Shown: in pieces, positions 56,714-64,000 of the stretch
Layout of the letters: each line of letters begins with the position of its first letter
Position numbering within the stretch: position 1 is the stretch's first letter
IMG/VR virus record: IMGVR_UViG_3300034104_005687
Location: 62,001 to 126,000 of that record
Reading direction: 5' to 3' (one strand)
Length of the DNA: 64,000 nt
Notes under the pieces: generated by a model
The model's database searches: none
The model's input: the letters and a program-made list of their open reading frames with translations, nothing else
What the model was told of the DNA's origin: nothing
Made by a program: the position numbers and the translations under genes

Positions 56714-56741
56714 ACATGCTTAACCACTCTAGGAGTATGTT

Positions 56742-57029
56742 ATGAAAGCCGCTAACTTTGTTGCAAAATACACAGGTCCAAAAGGCAAGGGCTTTATACA
56801 GTCCTATGACAAAGTAAAAGCTACGGAAAAATGGGTGGAGTATGCATTGGACATTGTGGACATGAGCCGTATAATAATGTCTGCAGACTTTGACACTAAA
56901 TGGCGCCTGGCAGAGGCACTGGAAGTGGCAGAGCGCAAAAAAGCCTGGATGTACAAGCACAAGAATTTTGATGTTAAACGTGCCGCCAAACTTTTTGACG
57001 CTGTAAAACACTTGCCCAAGACTAAGTAA
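56742..57029 (+). CDS. Hypothetical early protein
   Basis: 95 aa basic; AGGAG RBS. Confidence 0.7.
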   Translation: MKAANFVAKYTGPKGKGFIQSYDKVKATEKWVEYALDIVDMSRIIMSADFDTKWRLAEALEVAERKKAWMYKHKNFDVKRAAKLFDAVKHLPKTK

Positions 57030-57038
57030 GGAACAATT

Positions 57039-58175
57039 ATGATTGCAACCAAACCCGTCAAGCCATTGAACCCTCGTAGTGCTGATACCAATGCCATGGG
57101 CATGGAACCCACTTGGAAAACACAACCCACCGACAATCGCATCAGTGCCTTTAGTCATGCTTTCTCGTGGTACAACTATTTCTACGGCAAAAAAGATGCT
57201 CGCGAGATGATTGTAAACTATTTAGAATTGCATGGTCGCAAAGCAGACGTTCGTACACTCAAACGCATTCCAGACAGCTCTATCCGATTGACCACAGGCT
57301 GGCTGTGCCGCATGAGCATGGTGGGACTAGAACTCACGGATTCGGAGCAGATCAAATTGGATAACTTGCTAGCAGAGATATTGGAATCCAAACAAGATGA
57401 AGTCTTAGAGGAAGTGGTAGTTGAGGACACAGTACCAAAAATCACTATCCAGGACCGACTGCGTGAAAAAGTGTCTGAGTGTGCTGGCGAGTTAGATGGC
57501 TTGTTTGATGACTTTGTTGCGTCAGGTGCCAAACTCAGTGCTGATTACAAACCCGTGGCGCTGATGCGTTCAATGAACATTGCACCACAAATGGTAAACG
57601 ACATCCGTCAAATTTGGACCCGTAAACTCACAGAGTTTGATGAGGCAGTAACAGGCAAAGATGCAGACTTGGTTCAAGGCTATAACTACCTGAGCAAGGT
57701 GCAGTTACGGAACTGTGTAAAGTTCTGCGAGCTTGTGATTTCTGACTGCGGCGCCTATGTGCAGATCAAAAAGGTCGAGCGCAAGCCAAGAGCAGTCAAA
57801 GCAGTGAGTCCAGAAAAACGTGCCGCAAAGTTCAAACATATCACAGAGTTTGCAGAGCTCAAGCTCAAAGGATTGCCGGCTGCAAGTCTTGTGGACAAGT
57901 CTGAGGCCTGGTTGTACGATACCAAAAAACGCAAGCTGATCCATATTGTTGCTGACAGCCATGCGCAAGCATTTACTGTAAAGAGCAATGCTATTATTGG
58001 ATTTAGCACAGTAGAAAGTCAGCAAAAAACTCTGCGTAAGCCAGCAGACGTGCTCAAAGCCATGAATGCCGCAGGCAAACCAGCTGCCAGAAAGATCTAC
58101 AAGGACTTGACCACCACAGAAACACCGTTCAACGGCCGCGGTACAGAGAATTTGATCATTCTCAAAAGCTGGTAA
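57039..58175 (+). CDS. Hypothetical phage protein
   Basis: 378 aa; AAGGA RBS; no recognised catalytic motif. Confidence 0.7.
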   Translation: MIATKPVKPLNPRSADTNAMGMEPTWKTQPTDNRISAFSHAFSWYNYFYGKKDAREMIVNYLELHGRKADVRTLKRIPDSSIRLTTGWLCRMSMVGLELTDSEQIKLDNLLAEILESKQDEVLEEVVVEDTVPKITIQDRLREKVSECAGELDGLFDDFVASGAKLSADYKPVALMRSMNIAPQMVNDIRQIWTRKLTEFDEAVTGKDADLVQGYNYLSKVQLRNCVKFCELVISDCGAYVQIKKVERKPRAVKAVSPEKRAAKFKHITEFAELKLKGLPAASLVDKSEAWLYDTKKRKLIHIVADSHAQAFTVKSNAIIGFSTVESQQKTLRKPADVLKAMNAAGKPAARKIYKDLTTTETPFNGRGTENLIILKSW

Positions 58176-58183
58176 ATACCTGC

Positions 58184-59152
58184 ATGACCATGCTGCTCAT
58201 TGACGAGAATCCAGACGATCCTCGTCGCCTTGTACACAATGTTGAATTTTACATCACAAATGTCTGTAACTTGAATTGTTTCAATTGCAATCGTTTCAAC
58301 AATCACGAGTTCAAAGGATACCAAAAGTGGAGCGACTATCAAAGTATCTACGAAAAATGGGCTCAGCACATAAAGCTACAACGAGTTACTATCCTTGGCG
58401 GCGAGCCTTTGTTGAATCCAACAATTCTAGATTGGATTGATGGTATCAATCGACTGTGGAATGTTTCAACACAGATTCTGACCAATGGCACCCGCTTAAA
58501 CAGCGTCAAAGGGTTGTACAATCGATTGGTCAACCCAGTCAACCCCAACAAGCTTGGGATCAAAAATTGGATAGGTGTAAGTTTGCACAATCGCAATGAC
58601 CTTGATCGTTGTTTTGATGAAGTAAAGAAATTTTTACACGGTGACGTTAGGTACTATCATCACAGTGACCCAGCCAATGTTAATAACGCAATGACCTTTG
58701 GTGCTACACATGCATTCGTTGACAGCAATGACGTGAGGATACCAATTTGGGAGTATGATAGTTTTTATCGTGCCTCGGTGTACTTGAACGCCAACGGAAA
58801 ATTTACACTGCACAACAGTGATCCTGAATTGGCGCACAAAGGCTGCGGTTTTGCCATGTTTAAATGTTATCATTTTATACATGGTGCATTGTATAAATGC
58901 GGGCCAGTGGCATTGTTTCCTGAGTTTGATGCCCAACACCAGCTTGACATATCCGACCAAGATCGACACTTGATCAACAGTTATAAGCCGTTGCAGGTTG
59001 ATGAGTATGTTGAACGTGGTGCCACGTTCCTTCACAAAATTGATCAAACAATTCCGCAGTGTAAATTTTGCCCTGAATTCATGCACGATGAAAAAAACAC
59101 TGCAATATTTGCCACACTAAAAAAAGCAGGTAGCACCAGTGGATTTGAATAA
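58184..59152 (+). CDS. Radical SAM enzyme
   Basis: CNLNCFNC, LGGEPLL, TNG, C-terminal LYKC and CKFC. Confidence 0.88.
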   Translation: MTMLLIDENPDDPRRLVHNVEFYITNVCNLNCFNCNRFNNHEFKGYQKWSDYQSIYEKWAQHIKLQRVTILGGEPLLNPTILDWIDGINRLWNVSTQILTNGTRLNSVKGLYNRLVNPVNPNKLGIKNWIGVSLHNRNDLDRCFDEVKKFLHGDVRYYHHSDPANVNNAMTFGATHAFVDSNDVRIPIWEYDSFYRASVYLNANGKFTLHNSDPELAHKGCGFAMFKCYHFIHGALYKCGPVALFPEFDAQHQLDISDQDRHLINSYKPLQVDEYVERGATFLHKIDQTIPQCKFCPEFMHDEKNTAIFATLKKAGSTSGFE

Positions 59153-59817
59153 TGACACAGGTATTGGTAACCTTTGGAGACAGTTGGCCTCAAGGAGTTG
59201 AATTAGAACCAAACGTTCCTCGTTATGGGGAAATACTGTGCCAGCAGTTGGGGTTTGACCAGTTTTATAACTACGGACAAGGCGGTACCAGCAACGAGCA
59301 CATGATTTTGCAGTTACAAAATTACTTGCAACAGCAATGGGACCCGGATCACCGTGTTGTTGCTGTGTTTTTTCTAACCAATCCCCACCGTACATTTTAT
59401 TTTCCAACAGACGCTGGATTCAACATTCACGGTCCCGAAAGGCAAAATTGGAACAAAGAAGCCAGGGAAGTTTTTGCAAAAAATTATTTACATTTTTATT
59501 CTGACGATGTTGCTGTCATGAGAAACAGTCTTGCAATAACAGCACTGCAACAGTGGTGTAAACTGCACAACATCAGCGATTACTATTTCTCAGGATGGGT
59601 AAAATATACTCACTGGCTGCCCATGGTTGATACTGATAAAATTTGGGCCGGCGGGCAGGAAACAGCCGGCGATTGGTTTGGTGCATCGGCGCACAACGGC
59701 GAGCACCTGATCAATATTGAAAACAACCCTTACATACGTCCTAATTTTGCACATCCTAATCAGTTGGGGCACGAATTAATTGCCAACAAGCTAGCACATT
59801 GGATACGCAATAAATAA
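59152..59817 (+). CDS. SGNH/GDSL hydrolase-like protein
   Basis: FGDSWPQG, NYGQGGTSN, HPNQLGHELIA. Confidence 0.65.
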   Translation: MTQVLVTFGDSWPQGVELEPNVPRYGEILCQQLGFDQFYNYGQGGTSNEHMILQLQNYLQQQWDPDHRVVAVFFLTNPHRTFYFPTDAGFNIHGPERQNWNKEAREVFAKNYLHFYSDDVAVMRNSLAITALQQWCKLHNISDYYFSGWVKYTHWLPMVDTDKIWAGGQETAGDWFGASAHNGEHLINIENNPYIRPNFAHPNQLGHELIANKLAHWIRNK

Positions 59818-59835
59818 CAGCACAAGGTAAATCCA

Positions 59836-60603
59836 ATGGAACAGCAACAAGATACCCTAACTACTCTAAAACAAAATCTTATTGATTATGTACAACTTCA
59901 GCTGGGCTCGCAAATTGTTGACATTGAGCTAGATCCCGAACACTACGAAGCCGCTTATCAAAAAACAATTGGCACATACCGTCAACGTGCACAAAATGCC
60001 TATGAAGAAAGCTATATCTTCATGCGATTGGTCAAGGATGAAAACATCTATCAGTTGCCGCAAGAAGTTATCAGTGTACGGCAAATTTTTCGAAGAACTT
60101 TTGGCGATGCCACTGGTCCTTATGCATCTAACTTTGACCCGTTTAGCCAGGCCAGTTTGAACGTTTATTTGATGAACTTCAACGTGGCAGGTGGACTTGC
60201 TACCTATGATTTCTACAGTCAGTATGTTGAACTTGCAGCACGTATGTTTGGCGGCTACATGAACTACACATACAATCCAGTGACCAAAAAACTACAGCTG
60301 ATCCGTGACCCCAAAGCCACTGGCGAAGCTGTGTTGATTTGGACCTACAACCTCAAGCCTGAAATTACCTTGCTCAGTGACTATCAGATCCAGCAATGGA
60401 TCAAGGACTACATGGTGGCCAACGCCAAATTGATCATTGGTGAAGCTCGTGAAAAGTTTGCCAGCATTGCTGGTCCACAAGGTGGAACCAGTCTCAATGG
60501 TGCAGCCATGAAATCAGAAGGCCAAGCGGCCATAGACAAACTGCTGGAAGATCTCAAAAACTATGTAGACGGGAGCCAGCCACTTACTTGGGTAATTGGC
60601 TGA
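59836..60603 (+). CDS. gp13: Neck protein (head-tail adaptor)
   Basis: LIDYV.LQLG...V.IELD, WIKDY..A..K...GE.R.KF....GP.GG..LNG. Confidence 0.85.
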   Translation: MEQQQDTLTTLKQNLIDYVQLQLGSQIVDIELDPEHYEAAYQKTIGTYRQRAQNAYEESYIFMRLVKDENIYQLPQEVISVRQIFRRTFGDATGPYASNFDPFSQASLNVYLMNFNVAGGLATYDFYSQYVELAARMFGGYMNYTYNPVTKKLQLIRDPKATGEAVLIWTYNLKPEITLLSDYQIQQWIKDYMVANAKLIIGEAREKFASIAGPQGGTSLNGAAMKSEGQAAIDKLLEDLKNYVDGSQPLTWVIG

Positions 60604-61331
60604 TGAGCAAAACACTGCTGGTAGGTTGCAGTTTTGTGGACAGATTGAATTATAGACTAAACAATGACGACTATCATGTTGACTCTAAAAAATATCAAGT
60701 GCTGTCGTCACCAGGGTCAGGTAACCAGGCTATAGCAGCTAGAACAATCTATCAACTCAGTCAAGACACCTACGATAAAGTAGTTGTGGTGTGGTCTGGC
60801 ATTAACCGCCTGGATTTCCCTATCAGCCAAGAACTACACAAAACTTATCCTCCCAATGGCAAAGATTCTTGGGCAGCAAGTTGCCCAGTGGGCAGCATGT
60901 CCTGGTATCATTCAGGCGGCATCTGTGGGTCAGGCACAAGCGAGTCAGGCACCCCAGAGTCCTTGAGACAATTTTTTCGTACCCAGTATCTAGGCGCAGA
61001 ATCAGGCAGCACTTACCTAACAGAAATGACACTGTTGAGCATAATTTCGTGCCAGGCTGTGTTGGAAAAATCAGGTGTACCTTATCAAATGGCATTTATA
61101 TACGATACTCAGCGCAGTATTCCTCAAGAAACTGAAGAACATTCGCATGGAATTATGGATACCGCATCACCGTTGTACTCCATGGTTGACTGGAAAAAAT
61201 TTACCAGATTTGACGCTCCTTATGAATGGGCCAAACAACACAACCGGTTGGAAACTGATGGTTATCATCCTACTCGAAATGCCATGATTGACTGGCTCAA
61301 GTTAGCCATGAACATTGACCTTCAGTCATAA
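60603..61331 (+). CDS. SGNH/GDSL hydrolase-like protein
   Basis: ATG 60603; LVGCSF, GSGN, VWSG..R.D, DGYHPT. Confidence 0.55.
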   Translation: MSKTLLVGCSFVDRLNYRLNNDDYHVDSKKYQVLSSPGSGNQAIAARTIYQLSQDTYDKVVVVWSGINRLDFPISQELHKTYPPNGKDSWAASCPVGSMSWYHSGGICGSGTSESGTPESLRQFFRTQYLGAESGSTYLTEMTLLSIISCQAVLEKSGVPYQMAFIYDTQRSIPQETEEHSHGIMDTASPLYSMVDWKKFTRFDAPYEWAKQHNRLETDGYHPTRNAMIDWLKLAMNIDLQS

Positions 61332-61343
61332 ACATGCTATAAT
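61315..61343 (+). promoter_or_regulatory. Sigma70 promoter, probably giving a leaderless mRNA
   Basis: TTGACC-17 nt-TATAAT; ATG 61350 lies 6 nt after the -10 box with no RBS. Confidence 0.75.
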
Positions 61344-61349
61344 CAGTGC

Positions 61350-61874
61350 ATGGCTGATTTAATGATTGATCTCGAAGGACTGGCAACTGGTCCCAACACC
61401 TGTATTCTAACCATTGCTGCCCAGAGCTTTGATCCCTTTGACACAGGGTATTATGAGCAATCTTACTATGCCCGAATCACACTGGAAAGTCAAGAAACAC
61501 GGGACATTGATCAAGGCACAATTGAGTGGTGGGCCACCCAGCCAGATCACGCACGTGAAGAAGCGTTTGGTGAACAGCACCGTGTGCCCTTGGATCAAGC
61601 ACTGGACGAGCTAGGCCGGTTGATTTGGCACTCCAACAGAATCTGGGCACAAGGTCCCACATACGACATGAATATCCTGGAACATGCCTACAAGAGCTAT
61701 CACAAGCCCTTGCCCTGGAAGTACTACATGGTCAGGGACAGTCGTACAGTGTTCAGCCTGTGGCCTGATCAACCCATGCCACCCACTAGCCATCATGCCC
61801 TAGAGGATTGCCGCAGACAGATTGGCATGCTGCAACGCACTCTACAACACCTCAACGTGACTTCACTCAAATGA
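61350..61874 (+). CDS. DEDDh 3'-5' exonuclease (DexA/Rv2179c-like)
   Basis: MIDLE, WAQG..YD, RDSRT, HHALED. Confidence 0.85.
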   Translation: MADLMIDLEGLATGPNTCILTIAAQSFDPFDTGYYEQSYYARITLESQETRDIDQGTIEWWATQPDHAREEAFGEQHRVPLDQALDELGRLIWHSNRIWAQGPTYDMNILEHAYKSYHKPLPWKYYMVRDSRTVFSLWPDQPMPPTSHHALEDCRRQIGMLQRTLQHLNVTSLK

Positions 61875-62440
61875 CCTTACCCAAACTTCTGATTATTGGC
61901 AACGCACGCCACGGCAAAGACACTGTGTGTGATATTCTACGTGAAGAATTTGGGTATAATTTTAGATCTAGTTCGGACTTTTGTGCTGAAAAGTTTATCT
62001 ATACCGAACTAGCACCCAAGTATGGGTATACCAGCTACGAGCAGTGCTTTGAAGATCGACACAATCATCGTGCTGAATGGTACAACATGATTCATGAATA
62101 CTGCCGAGACGATTATGCTAGACTGGGCAGAGAAATTTTTGCTGAAAACGAAATCTATTGCGGCCTACGCAACAAAGCAGAATTCCATGCCATGAAGAAT
62201 ACCAATGTGTTTGATTATGCTATTTGGGTAGATCGTAGTGATCACTTGCCTACAGAGGACAAATCCAGCATGAGCCTGGAAATTTGGATGGCTGATTATG
62301 TGATTGACAACAACGGTACACTATCGGATCTCAAGCGCAACACTCGTGAGCTGGTTAGCCGTCTGGTTGCAAATCACCAGGTCGCCATATCGAATCAGAT
62401 TTTGATAAATCGACTTCGCAGTTACGACACACCGTTTTGA
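61871..62440 (+). CDS. Deoxynucleoside monophosphate kinase-like P-loop protein
   Basis: ATG 61871; GNARHGKDT, ADYVIDNNGT. Confidence 0.7.
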   Translation: MTLPKLLIIGNARHGKDTVCDILREEFGYNFRSSSDFCAEKFIYTELAPKYGYTSYEQCFEDRHNHRAEWYNMIHEYCRDDYARLGREIFAENEIYCGLRNKAEFHAMKNTNVFDYAIWVDRSDHLPTEDKSSMSLEIWMADYVIDNNGTLSDLKRNTRELVSRLVANHQVAISNQILINRLRSYDTPF

Positions 62441-62702
62441 GATTTTTTATATCGCAGTTGGCGAGATTCCCGTCTACATGATACACTAGAGTTTGGGCCG
62501 AATATCGTGCCTTGAAACCACAACGATCACACTGCATTTTTTTCTTGTACCCAGCTGACTCCCAGCTGGGTTTTCTTTTGGGCAACTTTTTTCTTTTGCG
62601 AACACAGTTCTCGCAACGACTGCGATAGTGCACAACTTCGTCGCGTCGGTAGTTTATGGCACAAGCACGTTGATTGCACACAGGACAAGTGGGTCTTTTC
62701 AT
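62355..62702 (-). CDS. Zinc-finger/HNH-like protein
   Basis: Start MKRPTC at 62702; CPVC, CENC, CDRC, HVDGN..N....NL...CRNC. Confidence 0.7.
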   Translation of the reverse strand: MKRPTCPVCNQRACAINYRRDEVVHYRSRCENCVRKRKKLPKRKPSWESAGYKKKMQCDRCGFKARYSAQTLVYHVDGNLANCDIKNLKTVCRNCEVDLSKSDSIWRPGDLQPDG

Positions 62703-62706
62703 GAGG

Positions 62707-62771
62707 TATTTATAGGTGGACCTTTGCAAAGGGCAACATAGAGGGCGGTTTTTTCAATATACCTATAAATA
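62707..62771. promoter_or_regulatory. Divergent late promoters TATAAATA
   Basis: TATAAATA 62707-62714 (-) and 62764-62771 (+). Confidence 0.75.
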
Positions 62772-62796
62772 TCTGTAACTTAAAAAGGAACCCACT

Positions 62797-64000
62797 ATGG
62801 CTCTAGTATCACCCGGCGTAGAAGTAACAGTAATTGACGAAAGTCAATATATTCCAAGTGCTGTTAATTCAGTGCCTTACTTCTTGGTTGCAACTGCACA
62901 AGACAAAGTATCCGCTGACGGTATTACCGTTGCTGCCGGTACATTGGCTGCCAACGCAAACAAAACTTATCTAATTACCAGCCAACGCGATTTGGCTGCA
63001 ACTTTTGGTGTACCGTTCTTCTACAACACCACCAATGGTACCCCGATCAACGGGTATGAACTCAATGAATACGGCTTGTTGGCTGCTTATTCTTCACTGG
63101 GTGTCACTAACCGTGCTTATGTTCAGCGTGTTGACATTGACTTGACAGAACTAACTGCCAGTTTGAATCGTCCAGTGGGTGAGCCTGCCAACAATACTAC
63201 TTGGCTTGACATATCTGAATCTGTGTGGGGGATCCAAGAATGGAACCAAACTACTGGAACATTCACTGTCAAAACTCCTATTGTGATCACTGACCCTGCT
63301 GAAGTTGTCGATGCTGATGCAGAAGATTACACACCACTATCATCGGTGGGCAGCATTGGCGACTATGCAATGGTTGCTATCGGAGAAATTATATTTGGCT
63401 ATTACAAAAATTCCAGCAACTCCTGGGTGCAAATTGGTGATGACGGGTGGAAAGACTCGTGGCCTACATTGACAGGTACCGCTAGCCCGTCTAGTCTGGT
63501 TGTAGGTTACAATCTTTTTATCAATGGCACACTTGTAGCAGTACCAAGCACCAACACTGTGGCTGGTTTGGCAGCAGCCATTAACGCAGCCACAATCCAG
63601 GGTGTTAGTGCAGAAGCAGTCAGCGGCAAACTTACACTGTACGCAGATTCAACATCTACCAGCGATGGTTCCAGTCTCAACGGTGGCGTAGTTGCAATTG
63701 AACCAGGCGGCAACAACGGTGCAGCACTGCTGACCAGTTTGGGGATCACAGCAGGTGATTATCGTGCCCCTATATACCTTCCGTCTTACAGTTATCAAGT
63801 ACCACGCTGGAGAACAACCGATGCTACACCGCGCCCCACAGGATCTGTATGGAACAACATGAGTGCTGCCAACAGCGGTATAAATGTAGTGATCAAAAAA
63901 TACAGTACAGTGCTGGGAGATTGGGTTGCACAAACCAGCAATGCATACATTGGAGACTTTGCGGCATTGAGCGGTCTTGACCCCAGTGGAGGCGGAAAAA
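62797..64000 (+). CDS. gp18: Tail sheath protein, truncated by window end
   Basis: Not in ORF track; MALVSPGVEVTVIDESQY...LITSQRDL..TFG.P.F...ELNEYGL; AAGGA RBS. Confidence 0.9.
   Translation, partial: MALVSPGVEVTVIDESQYIPSAVNSVPYFLVATAQDKVSADGITVAAGTLAANANKTYLITSQRDLAATFGVPFFYNTTNGTPINGYELNEYGLLAAYSSLGVTNRAYVQRVDIDLTELTASLNRPVGEPANNTTWLDISESVWGIQEWNQTTGTFTVKTPIVITDPAEVVDADAEDYTPLSSVGSIGDYAMVAIGEIIFGYYKNSSNSWVQIGDDGWKDSWPTLTGTASPSSLVVGYNLFINGTLVAVPSTNTVAGLAAAINAATIQGVSAEAVSGKLTLYADSTSTSDGSSLNGGVVAIEPGGNNGAALLTSLGITAGDYRAPIYLPSYSYQVPRWRTTDATPRPTGSVWNNMSAANSGINVVIKKYSTVLGDWVAQTSNAYIGDFAALSGLDPSGGGK

Noticed and set aside
62355-62440. 86-nt convergent overlap between the kinase and HNH-like genes
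   Set aside because: Most simply a non-conserved C-terminal run-on of the kinase; no evidence of function

Overview
A 64-kb segment of a large T4-like myophage genome; host and family cannot be fixed from the sequence. It holds baseplate genes (1-2896, minus), late sigma factor gp55 and gp47/gp46, an accessory enzyme block (B12 radical SAM, SDR, radical SAM/SPASM, 2OG-Fe oxygenase-like), a short GIY-YIG gene followed by a ~440-nt densely base-paired non-coding region, a minus-strand cassette with an aminoacyl-tRNA-protein-transferase-like gene, gp26/gp51-like chaperones joined by a probable -1 frameshift, a tape-measure-like protein with a lysozyme domain, the head module (gp20-gp23), two glycosyltransferase-like genes, a ~25-kb fibre/structural module (3077-aa fibre, subtilisin), Nudix, gp15 (probable AUU start), gp14, a sigma70-driven early island, gp13, exonuclease, dNMP kinase, an HNH-like protein and the start of tail sheath gp18. 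The best candidate for an undescribed system is the GIY-YIG gene plus the adjacent structured element (11987-12864). No tRNA, rRNA or CRISPR array was recognised. All family calls come from motif recognition by eye, not from database searches.
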